From Eledone cirrhosa (taxonomy: Eukaryota): a stretch of 64,000 bases of DNA. The stretch spans positions 8,928,001-8,992,000 of the forward strand of contig OZ024744.1 of NCBI GenBank assembly GCA_964016885.1, read 5' to 3'. Both the position numbers and the translations under genes were made by a program. Every line of letters starts with the position of its first letter. Within the stretch, counting starts at the first letter, position 1. Shown here piece after piece: positions 27,001-42,000 of the stretch. The notes below the pieces were generated by a model, which made no database searches, had not been told where the DNA came from, and saw only the letters and a list, made by a program, of their open reading frames with translations.

Positions 27001-30000
27001 TTAATTTTTTAAAAAATTTTTAAAATGTTCTTATTTTACGTCTTTTATATTATTGTTCTGCATCCTCCTGCATTGAACCACCTAGGTACTATGACATAAC
27101 CTGTGTATTTGCTGACATTAGCGTACATCTGTGCGCATATCTTAGTAGATATACTAAATTCTCTATATTTAACTCCAAATCACTTTGTCGAGCAAACCTG
27201 CCAAAACCACTACTAAATTTTTGGTGTGTTAGTAGGCTTCTGTCATCTTACCATCCCACTCCTACCGACTAGCCTCAGTGTCACGTGATTGATTTTTTAG
27301 AATCTACCATTTGACCAGTGACAGCGAGATTTTCAGTTCATGGAATCCAGTCCCAGCTAGCTGTTCCATTTACCGAATTATTATTATTTTTATATGAGTC
27401 CCCAGTGTCCGCGCATTGCCTGGAGACTTAGCTGAGAATAGACCTCCCTGATGACGCAATGAATTCTCAACAGTTTATTACGTAACTGTCTTTATCCCAT
27501 TGCAGAATCTAATTAGTTGGAGTGAAAATTTTAGTAAGTAAGTTTATTTTTTTAAAATTTTTTAAATTTTCTTATTTTACGTCTTTTATATTATTGTTCT
27601 GCATCCTCCTGCATTGAACCACCTAGGTACTATGACATAACCTGTGTATTTGCTGACATTAGCGTACATCTGGACGCATATGTTAGTAGATATACTAAAT
27701 TCTCTATATTTATCTCCAAATCAGTTTGTCGAGCAAACCTGCCAAAACCACTACTAAATTTTTGGTGTGTTAGTAGGCTTCTGTCATCTTACCATCCCAC
27801 TCCTACCGACTAGCCTCAGTGTCACGTGATTGATTCTTTAGAATCTACCATTTGACCAGTGACAGCGAGATTTTCAGTGCATGGAATCCAGTCCCCGCTA
27901 GCTGTTCCATTTACCGAATTATTATTATTTTTATATGAGTCCCCAGTGTCCGCGCATTGCCTGGAGACTTAGCTGAGAATAGACCTCCCTGATGACGCAA
28001 TGAATTCTCAACAGTTTATTACGTAACTGTCTTTATCCCATTGCAGAGACTAATTAGTTGGAGTGAAAATTTTAGTAAGTAAGTTAATTTTTTAAACATT
28101 TTTAAAATTTTCTTATTTTACGTCTTTTATATTATTGTTCTGCATCCTCCTGCATTGAACCACCTAGATACTATGACATAACCTGTGTATTTGCTGACAT
28201 TAGCGTACATCTGTGCGCATATGTTAGTAGATATACTAAATTCTCTATATTTAACTCCAAATCACTTTGTCGAGCAAACCTGCCAAAACCACTACTAACT
28301 TTTTGGTGTGATAGTAGGCTTCTGTCATCTTACCATCCCACTCCTACCGACTAGCCTCAGTGTCACGTGATTGATTTTTTAGAATCTACCATTTGACCAG
28401 TGACAGCGAGATTTTCAGTGCATGGAATCCAGTCCCCGCTAGCTGTTCCATTTACCGAATTATTATTATTTTTATATGAATCCCCAGTGTCCACGCATTG
28501 CCTGGAGACTTAGTTGAGAATAGACCTCCCTGATGACGCAATGAATTCTCAACAGTTTATTACGTAACTGTCTTTATCCTATTGCAGAAACTAATTAGTT
28601 GGAGTGAAAATTTTAGTAAGTAAGTTAATTTAAAAAAAAATTTTTTAAATGTTCTTATTTTACGTCTTTTATATTATTGTTCTGCATCCTCCTGCATTGA
28701 ACCACCTAGGTACTATGACATAACCTGTGTATTTGCTGACATTAGCGTACATCTGTGCGCATATGTTAGTAGATATACTAAATTCTCTATATTTAACTCC
28801 AAATCACTTTGTCGAGCAAAGCTGCCAAAACCACTACTAAATTTTTGGTGTGTTAGTAGGCTTCTGTCATCTTGCCATCCCACTCCTACCGACTAGCCTC
28901 AGTGTCACGTGATTGATTTTTTAGAATCTACCATTTGACCAGTGACAGCGAGATTTTCAGTGAATGGAATCCAGTCCCCGCTACCTGTTCCATTTACCGA
29001 ATTATTATTATTTTTATATGAGTCCCCAGTGTCCGCGCATTGCCTGGAGACTTAGCTGAGAATAGACCTCCCTGATGACGCAATGAATTCTCAACAGTTT
29101 ATTACGTAACTGTCTTTATCCCATTGCAGAAACTAATTAGTTGGAGTGAAAATTTTAGTAAGTAAGTTAATTTTTTAAACATTTTTAAAATTTTCTTATT
29201 TTACGTCTTTTATATTATTGTTCTGCATCCTCCTGCATTGAACCACCTAGATACTATGACATAACCTGTGTATTTGCTGACATCAGCGTACATCTGTGCG
29301 CATATGTTAGTAGATATACTAAATTCTCTATATTTAACTCTAAATCACTTTGTCGAGCAAACCTGCCAAAACCACTACTAACTTTTTGGTGTGATAGTAG
29401 GCTTCTGTCATCTTACCATCCCACTCCTACCGACTAGCCTCAGTGTCACGTGATTGATTTTTTAGAATCTACCATTTGACCAGTGACAGCGAGATTTTCA
29501 GTGCATGGAATCCAGTCCCCGCTAGCTGTTCCATTTACCGAATTATTATTATTTTTATATGAATCCCCAGTGTCCACGCATTGCCTGGAGACTTAGTTGA
29601 GAATAGACCTCCCTGATGACGCAATGAATTCTCAACAGTTTATTACGTAACTGTCTTTATCCTATTGCAGAAACTAATTAGTTGGAGTGAAAATTTTAGT
29701 AAGTAAGTTAATTTTTTAAAAAATTTTTAAAATGTTCTTATTTTACGTCTTTTATATTATTGTTCTGCATCCTCCTGCATTGAACCACCTAGATACTATG
29801 ACATAACCTGTGTATTTGCTGACATTAGCGTACATCTGTGCGCATATGTTAGTAGATATACTAAATTCTCTATATTTATCTCCAAACAACTTTGTCGAGC
29901 AAACCTGCCAAAACCACTACTAAATTTTTGGTGTGTTAGTAGGCTTCTGTCATCTTACCATCCCACTCCTACCGACTAGCCTGAGTGTCACGTGATTGAT

Positions 30001-33000
30001 TCTTTAGAATCTACCATTTGACCAGTGACAGCGAGATTTTCAGTGCATGGAATCCAGTCCCCGCTAGCTGTTCCATTTACCGAATTATTATTATCTTTAT
30101 ATGAGTCCCCAGTGTCCGCGCATTGCCTGGAGACTTAGCTGAGAATAGACCTCCCTGATGACGCAATGAATTCTCAACAGTTTATTACGTAACTGTCTTT
30201 ATCCCATTGCAGAAACTAATTAGTTGGAGTGAAAATTTTAGTAAGTAAGTTAATTTTTAAAAAAAATTTTTAATTTTCTTATTTTACGTCTTTTATATTA
30301 TTGTTCTTCATCCTCCTGCATTGAACCACCTAGATACTATGACATAACCTGTGTATTTGCTAACATTAGCGTACATTTGTGCGCATATGTTAGTAGATAT
30401 ACTAAATTCTCTATATTTATCTCCAAATCACTTTGTCGAGCAAACCTGCCAAAACCACTACTAAATTTTTGGTGTGTTAGTAGGCTTCTGTCATCTTACC
30501 ATCCCACTCCTACCGACTAGCCTCAGTGTCACGTGATTGATTTTTTAGAATCTACCATTTGACCAGTGACAGCGAGATTTTCAGTTCATGGAATCCAGTC
30601 CCCGCTAGCTGTTCCATTTACCGAATTATTATTATTTTTATATGAGTCCCCAGTGTCCGCGCATTGCCTGGAGACTTAGCTGAGAATAGACCTCCCTGAT
30701 GACGCAATGAATTCTCAACAGTTTATTACGTAACTGTCTTTATCCCATTGCAGAAACTAATTAGTTGGAGTGAAAATTTTAGTAAGTAAGTTAATTTTTT
30801 AAAAATTTTTTAAATTTTCTTATTTTACGTCTTTTATATTATTGTTCTGCATCCTCCTGCATTGAACCACCTAGGTACTATGACATAACCTGTGTATTTG
30901 CTGACATTAGCGTACATCTGGACGCATATGTTAGTAGATATACTAAATTCTCTATATTTATCTCCAAATCACTTTGTCGAGCAAACCTGCAAAAACCACT
31001 ACTAAATTGTTGGTGTGTTAGTAGGCTTCTGTCATCTTACCATCCCACTCCTACCGACTAGCCTCAGTGTCACGTGATTGATTCTTTAGAATCTACCATT
31101 TGACCAGTGACAGCGAGATTTTCAGTGCATGGAATCCAGTCCCCGCTAGCTGTTCCATTTACCGAATTATTATTATTTTTATATGAGTCCCCAGTGTCCG
31201 CGCATTGCCTGGAGACTTAGCTGAGAATAGACCTCCCTGATGACGCAATGAATTCTCAACAGTTTATTACGTAACTGTCTTTATCCCATTGCAGAAACTA
31301 ATTAGTTGGAGTGAAAATTTTAGTAAGTAAGTTAATTTTTTAAACATTTTTAAAATTTTCTTATTTTACGTCTTTTATATTATTGTTCTGCATCCTCCTG
31401 CATTGAACCACCTAGATACTATGACATAACCTGTGTATTTGCTGACATTAGCGTACATCTGTGCGCATATGTTAGTAGATATACTAAATTCTCTATATTT
31501 AACTCCAAATCACTTTGTCGAGCAAACCTGCCAAAACCACTACTAACTTTTTGGTGTGATAGTAGGCTTCTGTCATCTTACCATCCCGCTCCTACCGACT
31601 AGCCTCAGTGTCACGTGATTGATTCTTTAGAATCTACCATTTGACCAGTGACAGCGAGATTTTCAGTGCATGGAATCCAGTCCCCGCTAGCTGTTCCATT
31701 TACCGAATTATTATTATTTTTATATGAGTCCCCAGTGTCCGCGCATTGCCTGGAGACTTAGCTGAGAATAGACCTCCCTGATGACGCAATGAATTCTCAA
31801 CAGTTTATTACGTAACTGTCTTTATCCCATTGCAGAAACTAATTAGTTGGAGTGAACATTTTAGTAAGTAAGTTAATTTTTTAAAAATTTTTTAAAATTT
31901 TCTTATTTTACGTCTTTTATATTATTGTTCTGCATCCTCCTGCATTGAACCACCTAGGTACTATGACATAACCTGTGTATTTGCTGACATTAGCGTACAT
32001 CTGTGCGCATATGTTAGTAGATATACTAAATTCTCTATATTTATCTCCAAATCACTTTGTCGAGTAAACCTGCCAAAACCACTACTAATTTTTTGGTGTG
32101 TTAGTAGGCTTCTGTCATCTTACCATCCCACTCCTACCGACTAGCCTCAGTGTCACGTGATTGATTTTTTAGAATCTACCATTTGACCAGTGACAGCGAG
32201 ATTTTCAGTTCATGGAATCCAGTCCCCGCTAGCTGTTCCATTTACCGAATTATTATTATTTTTATATGAGTCCCCAGTGTCCGCGCATTGCCTGGAGACT
32301 TAGCTGAGAATAGACCTCCCTGATGACGCAATGAATTCTCAACAGTTTATTACGTAACTGTCTTTATACCATTGCAGAAACTAATTAGTTTGAGTGAAAA
32401 TTTTAGTAAGTAAGTTAATTTTTAAAAAGATTTTTTTAATTTTCTTATTTTACGTCTTTTATATTATTGTTCTGCATCCTACTGCATTGAACCACCTAGA
32501 TACTATGACATAACCTGTGTATTTGCTGACATTAGCGTACATCTGTGCGCATATGTTAGTAGATATATTAAATTCTCTATATTTATCTCCAAATCACTTT
32601 GTCGAGCAAACCTGCCAAAATCACTAATAAATTGTTGGTTTGTTAGTAGGCTTCTGTCATCTTACCATCCCACTCCTACCGACTAGCCTCAGTGTCACGT
32701 GATTGATTCTTTAGAATCTACCATTTGACCAGTGACAGCGAGATTTTCAGTGCATGGAATCCAGTCCCCGCTAGCTGTTCCATTTACCGAATTATTATTA
32801 TTTTTATATGAGTCCCCAGTGTCCGCGCATTGCCTGGAGACTTAGCTGAGAATAGACCTCCCTGATGACGCAATGAATTCTCAACAGTTTATTACGTAAC
32901 TGTCTTTATCCCATTGCAGAAACTAATAAGTTGGAGTGAAAATTTTAGTAAGTAAGTTAATTTTTTTTAAATTTTTTAAAATTTTCTTATTTTACGTCTT

Positions 33001-36000
33001 TTATATTATTGTTCTGCATCCTCCTGCATTGAACCACCTAGGTACTATGACATAACCTGTGTATTTTCTGACATTAGCGTACATCTGTGCGCATATGTTA
33101 GTAGATATACTAAATTCTCTATATTTATCTCCAAATCACTTTGTCGAGTAAACCTGCCAAAACCACTACTAAATTTCTGGTGTGTTAGTAGGCTTCTGTC
33201 ATCTTACCATCCCACTCCTACCGACTAGCCTCAGTGTCACGTGATTGATTTTTTAGAATCTACCATTTGACCAGTGACAGCGAGATTTTCAGTGCATGGA
33301 ATCCAGTCCCCGCTAGCTGTTCCATTTACCGAATTATTATTATTTTTATATGTGTCCCCAGTGTCCGCGCATTGCCTGGAGACTTAGCTGAGAATAGACC
33401 TCCCTGATGACGCAATGAATTCTCAACAGTTTATTACGTAACTGTCTTTATACCATTGCAGAAACTAATTAGTTGGAGTGAAAATTTTAGTAAGTAAGTT
33501 AATATTTAAAAAAATTTTTTTAATTTTCTTATTTTACGTCTTTTATATTATTGTTCTGCATCCTACTGCATTGAACCACCTAGATACTATGACATAACCT
33601 GTGTATTTGCTGACATTAGCGTACATCTGTGCGCATATGTTAGTAGATATATTAAATTCTCTATATTTATCTCCAAATCACTTTGTCGAGCAAACCTGCC
33701 AAAATCACTAATAAATTTTTGGTGTGTTAGTAGGCTTCTGTCATCTTACCATCCCACTCCTACCGACTAGCCTCAGTGTCACGTGATTGATTCTTTAGAA
33801 TCTACCATTTGACCAGTGACAGCGAGATTTTCAGTGCATGGAATCCAGTCCCCGCTAGCTGTTTCATTTACCGAATTATTATTATTTTTATATGAGTCCC
33901 CAGTGTCCGCGCATTGCCTGGAGACTTAGCTGAAAATAGACCTCCCTGATGACGCAATGAATTCTCAACAGTTTATTACGTAACTGTCTTTATCCCATTG
34001 CAGAAACTAATTAGTTGGAGTGAAAATTTTAGTAAGTAAGTTAATTTTTTAAAAATTTTTTTAATTTTCTTATTTTACGTCTTTTATATTATTGTTCTGC
34101 ATCCTCCTGCATTGAACCACCTAGGTACTATGACATAACCTGTGTATTTGCTGACATTAGCGTACATCTGGACGCATATGTTAGTAGATATACTAAATTC
34201 TCTATATTTATCTCCAAATCAGTTTGTCGAGCAAACCTGCCAAAACCACTACTAAATTTTTGGTGTGTTAGTAGGCTTCTGTCATCTTACCATCCCACTC
34301 CTACCGACTAGCCTCAGTGTCACGTGATTGATTCTTTAGAATCTACCATTTGACCAGTGACAGCGAGATTTTCAGTGCATGGAATCCAGTCCCCGCTAGC
34401 TGTTCCATTTACCGAATTATTATTATTTTTATATGAATCCCCAGTGTCCACGCATTGCCTGGAGACTTAGTTGAGAATAGACCTCCCTGATGACGCAATG
34501 AATTCTCAACAGTTTATTACGTAACTGTCTTTATCCTATTGCAGAAACTAATTAGTTGGAGTGAAAATTTTAGTAAGTAAGTTAATTTTTTAAAAAATTT
34601 TTAAAATGTTCTTATTTTACGTCTTTTATATTATTGTTCTGCATCCTCCTGCATTGAACCACCTAGGTACTATGACATAACCTGTGTATTTGCTGACATT
34701 AGCGTACATCTGTGCGCATATCTTAGTAGATATACTAAATTCTCTATATTTAACTCCAAATCACTTTGTCGAGCAAACCTGCCAAAACCACTACTAAATT
34801 TTTGGTGTGTTAGTAGGCTTCTGTCATCTTACCATCCCACTCCTACCGACTAGCCTCAGTGTCACGTGATTGATTTTTTAGAATCTACCATTTGACCAGT
34901 GACAGCGAGATTTTCAGTTCATGGAATCCAGTCCCAGCTAGCTGTTCCATTTACCGAATTATTATTATTTTTATATGAGTCCCCAGTGTCCGCGCATTGC
35001 CTGGAGACTTAGCTGAGAATAGACCTCCCTGATGACGCAATGAATTCTCAACAGTTTATTACGTAACTGTCTTTATCCCATTGCAGAATCTAATTAGTTG
35101 GAGTGAAAATTTTAGTAAGTAAGTTTATTTTTTTAAAATTTTTTAAATTTTCTTATTTTACGTCTTTTATATTATTGTTCTGCATCCTCCTGCATTGAAC
35201 CACCTAGGTACTATGACATAACCTGTGTATTTGCTGACATTAGCGTACATCTGGACGCATATGTTAGTAGATATACTAAATTCTCTATATTTATCTCCAA
35301 ATCAGTTTGTCGAGCAAACCTGCCAAAACCACTACTAAATTTTTGGTGTGTTAGTAGGCTTCTGTCATCTTACCATCCCACTCCTACCGACTAGCCTCAG
35401 TGTCACGTGATTGATTCTTTAGAATCTACCATTTGACCAGTGACAGCGAGATTTTCAGTGCATGGAATCCAGTCCCCGCTAGCTGTTCCATTTACCGAAT
35501 TATTATTATTTTTATATGAGTCCCCAGTGTCCGCGCATTGCCTGGAGACTTAGCTGAGAATAGACCTCCCTGATGACGCAATGAATTCTCAACAGTTTAT
35601 TACGTAACTGTCTTTATCCCATTGCAGAGACTAATTAGTTGGAGTGAAAATTTTAGTAAGTAAGTTAATTTTTTAAACATTTTTAAAATTTTCTTATTTT
35701 ACGTCTTTTATATTATTGTTCTGCATCCTCCTGCATTGAACCACCTAGATACTATGACATAACCTGTGTATTTGCTGACATTAGCGTACATCTGTGCGCA
35801 TATGTTAGTAGATATACTAAATTCTCTATATTTAACTCCAAATCACTTTGTCGAGCAAACCTGCCAAAACCACTACTAACTTTTTGGTGTGATAGTAGGC
35901 TTCTGTCATCTTACCATCCCACTCCTACCGACTAGCCTCAGTGTCACGTGATTGATTTTTTAGAATCTACCATTTGACCAGTGACAGCGAGATTTTCAGT

Positions 36001-39000
36001 GCATGGAATCCAGTCCCCGCTAGCTGTTCCATTTACCGAATTATTATTATTTTTATATGAATCCCCAGTGTCCACGCATTGCCTGGAGACTTAGTTGAGA
36101 ATAGACCTCCCTGATGACGCAATGAATTCTCAACAGTTTATTACGTAACTGTCTTTATCCTATTGCAGAAACTAATTAGTTGGAGTGAAAATTTTAGTAA
36201 GTAAGTTAATTTTTTAAAAAATTTTTAAAATGTTCTTATTTTACGTCTTTTATATTATTGTTCTGCATCCTCCTGCATTGAACCACCTAGATACTATGAC
36301 ATAACCTGTGTATTTGCTGACATTAGCGTACATCTGTGCGCATATGTTAGTAGATATACTAAATTCTCTATATTTATCTCCAAATCACTTTGTCGAGCAA
36401 ACCTGCCAAAACCACTACTAAATTTTTGGTGTGTTAGTAGGCTTCTGTCATCTTACCATCCCACTCCTACCGACTAGCCTGAGTGTCACGTGATTGATTC
36501 TTTAGAATCTACCATTTGACCAGTGACAGCGAGATTTTCAGTGCATGGAATCCAGTCCCCGCTAGCTGTTCCATTTACCGAATTATTATTATCTTTATAT
36601 GAGTCCCCAGTGTCCGCGCATTGCCTGGAGACTTAGCTGAGAATAGACCTCCCTGATGACGCAATGAATTCTCAACAGTTTATTACGTAACTGTCTTTAT
36701 CCCATTGCAGAAACTAATTAGTTGGAGTGAAAATTTTAGTAAGTAAGTTAATTTTTAAAAAAAATTTTTAATTTTCTTATTTTACGTCTTTTATATTATT
36801 GTTCTTCATCCTCCTGCATTGAACCACCTAGATACTATGACATAACCTGTGTATTTGCTAACATTAGCGTACATTTGTGCGCATATGTTAGTAGATATAC
36901 TAAATTCTCTATATTTATCTCCAAATCACTTTGTCGAGCAAACCTGCCAAAACCACTACTAAATTTTTGGTGTGTTAGTAGGCTTCTGTCATCTTACCAT
37001 CCCACTCCTACCGACTAGCCTCAGTGTCACGTGATTGATTTTTTAGAATCTACCATTTGACCAGTGACAGCGAGATTTTCAGTTCATGGAATCCAGTCCC
37101 CGCTAGCTGTTCCATTTACCGAATTATTATTATTTTTATATGAGTCCCCAGTGTCCGCGCATTGCCTGGAGACTTAGCTGAGAATAGACCTCCCTGATGA
37201 CGCAATGAATTCTCAACAGTTTATTACGTAACTGTCTTTATCCCATTGCAGAAACTAATTAGTTGGAGTGAAAATTTTAGTAAGTAAGTTAATTTTTTAA
37301 AAATTTTTTAAATTTTCTTATTTTACGTCTTTTATATTATTGTTCTGCATCCTCCTGCATTGAACCACCTAGGTACTATGACATAACCTGTGTATTTGCT
37401 GACATTAGCGTACATCTGGACGCATATGTTAGTAGATATACTAAATTCTCTATATTTATCTCCAAATCACTTTGTCGAGCAAACCTGCAAAAACCACTAC
37501 TAAATTGTTGGTGTGTTAGTAGGCTTCTGTCATCTTACCATCCCACTCCTACCGACTAGCCTCAGTGTCACGTGATTGATTCTTTAGAATCTACCATTTG
37601 ACCAGTGACAGCGAGATTTTCAGTGCATGGAATCCAGTCCCCGCTAGCTGTTCCATTTACCGAATTATTATTATTTTTATATGAGTCCCCAGTGTCCGCG
37701 CATTGCCTGGAGACTTAGCTGAGAATAGACCTCCCTGATGACGCAATGAATTCTCAACAGTTTATTACGTAACTGTCTTTATCCCATTGCAGAAACTAAT
37801 TAGTTGGAGTGAAAATTTTAGTAAGTAAGTTAATTTTTTAAACATTTTTAAAATTTTCTTATTTTACGTCTTTTATATTATTGTTCTGCATCCTCCTGCA
37901 TTGAACCACCTAGATACTATGACATAACCTGTGTATTTGCTGACATTAGCGTACATCTGTGCGCATATGTTAGTAGATATACTAAATTCTCTATATTTAA
38001 CTCCAAATCACTTTGTCGAGCAAACCTGCCAAAACCACTACTAACTTTTTGGTGTGATAGTAGGCTTCTGTCATCTTACCATCCCACTCCTACCGACTAG
38101 CCTCAGTGTCACGTGATTGATTTTTTAGAATCTACCATTTGACCAGTGACAGCGAGATTTTCAGTGCATGGAATCCAGTCCCCGCTAGCTGTTCCATTTA
38201 CCGAATTATTATTATTTTTTAAATGAATCCCCAGTGCCCACGCATTGCCTGGAGACTTAGTTGAGAATAGACCTCCCTGATGACGCAATGAATTCTCAAC
38301 AGTTTATTACGTAACTGTCTTTATCCTATTGCAGAAACTAATTAGTTGGAGTGAAAATTTTAGTAAGTAAGTTAATTTTTTTAAAAATTTTTAAAATGTT
38401 CTTATTTTACGTCTTTTATATTATTGTTCTGCATCCTCCTGCATTGAACCACCTAGGTACTATGACATAACCTGTGTATTTGCTGACATTAGCGTACATC
38501 TGTGCGCATATGTTAGTAGATATACTAAATTCTCTATATTTAACTCCAAATCACTTTGTCGAGCAAACCTGCCAAAATCACTACTAAATTTTTGGTGTGT
38601 TAGTAGGCTTCTGTCATCTTACCATCCCACTCCTACCGACTAGCCTCAGTGTCACGTGATTGATTCTTTAGAATCTACCATTTGACCAGTGACAGCGAGA
38701 TTTTCAGTGCATGGAATCCAGTCCCCGCTAGCTGTTCCATTTACCGAATTATTATTATTTTTATATGAGTCCCCAGTGTCCGCGCATTGCCTGGAGACTT
38801 AGCTGAGAATAGACCTCCCTGATGAAGCAATGAATTCTCAACAGTTTATTACGTAACTGTCTTTATCCCATTGCAGAATCTAATTAGTTGGAGTGAAAAT
38901 TTTAGTAAGTAAGTTAATTTTTTTAAAATTTTTTAAAATTTTCTTATTTTACGTCTTTTATATTATTGTTCTGCATCCTCCTGCATTGAACCACCTAGGT

Positions 39001-42000
39001 ACTATGACATAACCTGTGTATTTGCTGACATTAGCGTACATCTGTGCGCATATGTTAGTAGATATACTAAATTCTCTATATTTATCTCCAAATCACTTTG
39101 TCGAGTAAACCTGCCAAAACCACTACTAAATTTCTGGTGTGTTAGTAGGCTTCTGTCATCTTACCATCCCACTCCTACCGACTAGCCTCAGTGTCACGTG
39201 ATTGATTTTTTAGAATCTACCATTTGACCAGTGACAGCGAGATTTTCAGTGCATGGAATCCAGTCCCCGCTAGCTGCTCCATTTACCGAATTATTATTAT
39301 TTTTATATATGAGTCCCCAGTGTCCGCGCATTGCCTGGAGACTTAGCTGAGAATAGACCTCCCTGATGACGCAATGAATTCTCAACAGTTTATTACGTAA
39401 CTGTCTTTATCCCATTGCAGAAACTAATAAGTTGGAGTGAAAATTTTAGTAAGTAAGTTAATTTTAAAAAAAATTTTTAAATTTTCTTATTTTACGTCTT
39501 TTATATTATTGTTCTGCATCCTCCTGCATTGAACCACCTAGATACTATGACATAACCTGTGTATTTGCTGACATTAGCGTACATCTGTGCGCATATGTTA
39601 GTAGATATACTAAATTCTCTATATTTAACTCCAAATCACTTTGTCGAGCAAACCTGCCAAAACCACTACTAAATTTTTGGTGTGATAGTAGGCTTCTGTC
39701 ATCTTACCATCCCACTCCTACCGACTAGCCTCAGTGTCACGTGATTGATTTTTTAGAATCTACCATTTGACCAGTGACAGCGAGATTTTCAGTGCATGGA
39801 ATCCAGTCCCCGCTAGCTGTTCCATTTACCGAATTATTATTATTTGTATATGTGTCCCCAGTGTCCGCGCATTTCCTGGAGACTTAGCTGAGAATAGACC
39901 TCCCTGATGACGCAATGAATTCTCAACAGTTTATTACGTAACTGTCTTTATCCCATTGCAGAAACTAATTAGTTGGAGTGAAAATTTTAGTAAGTAAGTT
40001 AATTTTCTAAAAATTTTTTTTAATTTTCTTATTTTACGTCTTTTATATTATTGTTCTGCATCCTCCTGCATTGAACCACCTAGATACTATGACATAACCT
40101 GTGTATTTGCTGACATTAGCGTACATCTGTGCGCATATGTTAGTAGATATATTAAATTCTCTATATTTATCTCCAAATCAGTTTGTCGAGCAAACCTGCC
40201 AAAATCACTAATAAATTTTTGGTGTGTTAGTAGGCTTCTGTCATCTTACCATCCCACTCCTACCGACTAGCCTAAGTGTCACGTGATTGATTCTTTAGAA
40301 TCTACCATTTGACCAGTGACAGCGAGATTTTCAGTGCATGGAATCCAGTCCCCGCTAGCTGTTACATTTACCGAATTATTATTATTTTTATATGAGTCCC
40401 CAGTGTCCGCGCATTGCCTGGAGACTTAGCTGAGAATAGACCTACCTGATGACGCAATGAATTCTCAATAGTTTATTACGTAACTGTCATTATCCCATTG
40501 CAGAATCTAATTAGTTGGAGTGAAAATTTTAGTAAGTAAGTTAATTTTTTAAAAATTTTTTTAAATTTTCTTATTTTACGTCTTTTATATTATTGTTCTG
40601 CATCCTCCTGCATTGAACCACCTAGGTACTATGACATAACCTGTGTATTTGCTGACATTAGCGTACATCTGTGCGCATATGTTAGTAGATATACTAAATT
40701 CTCTATATTTAACTCCAAATCACTTTGTCGAGCAAACCTGCCAAAACCACTACTAAATTTTTGGTGTGTTAGTAGGCTTCTGTCATCTTACCATCCCACT
40801 CCTACCGACTAGCCTCAGTGTCACGTGATTGATTCTTTAGAATCTACCATTTGACCAGTAACAGCGAGATTTTCAGTGCATGGAATCCAGTTCCCGCTAG
40901 CTGTTTCATTTACCGAATTATTATTATTTTTATATGAGTCCCCAGTGTCCGCGCATTGCCTGGAGACTTAGCTGAGAATAGACCTCCCTGATGAAGCAAT
41001 GAATTCTCACCAGTTTATTACGTAACTGTCTTTATCTCATTGCAGAAACTAATTAGTTGGAGTGAAGATTTTAGTAAGTAAGATAATTTTTAAAAAAAAA
41101 TTTTAAATTTTCTTATTTTACGTCTTTTATATTATTGTTCTGCCTCCTCCTGTATTGAACCACCTAGGTACTATGACATAACCTGTGTATTTGCTGACAT
41201 TAGCGTACATCTGTGCGCATATGTTAGTAGATATACTAAATTCTCTATATTTATCTCCAAATCACTTTGTCGAGCAAACCTGCCAAAACCACTACTAAAT
41301 TGTTGGTGTGTTAGTAGGCTTCTGTCATCTTACCATCCCACTCCTAGCGACTAGCCTCAGTGTCACGTGATTGATTCTTTAGAATCTACCATTTGACCAG
41401 TGACAGCGAGATTTTCAGTGCATGGAATCCAGTCCCCGCTAGCTGTTCCATTTACCGAATTATTATTATTTTTATATGAGTCCCCAGTGTCCGCGCATTG
41501 CCTGGAGACTTAGCTGAGAATAGACCTCCCTGATGACGCAATGAATTCTCAACAGTTTATTACGTAACTGTCTTTATCCCATTGCAGAAACTAATTAGTT
41601 GGAGTGAAAATTTTAGTAAGTAAGTTAATTTAAAAAAAATTTTTTTTAATTTTCTTATTTTACGTCTTTTATATTATTGTTCTTCATCCTCCTGCATTGA
41701 ACCACCTAGATACTATGACATAACCTGTGTATTTGCTGACATTAGCGTACATCTGTGCGCATATGTTAGTAGATATACTAAATTCTCTATATTTATCTCC
41801 AAATCACTTTGTCGAGCAAACCTGCCAAAACCACTACTAAATTTTTGGTTTGTTAGTAGGCTTCTGTCATCTTACCATCCCACTCCTACCGACTAGCCTC
41901 AGTGTCACGTGATTGATTTTTTAGAATCTACCATTTGACCAGTGACAGCGAGATTTTCAGTTCATGGAATCCAGTCCCCGCTAGCTGTTCCATTTACCGA

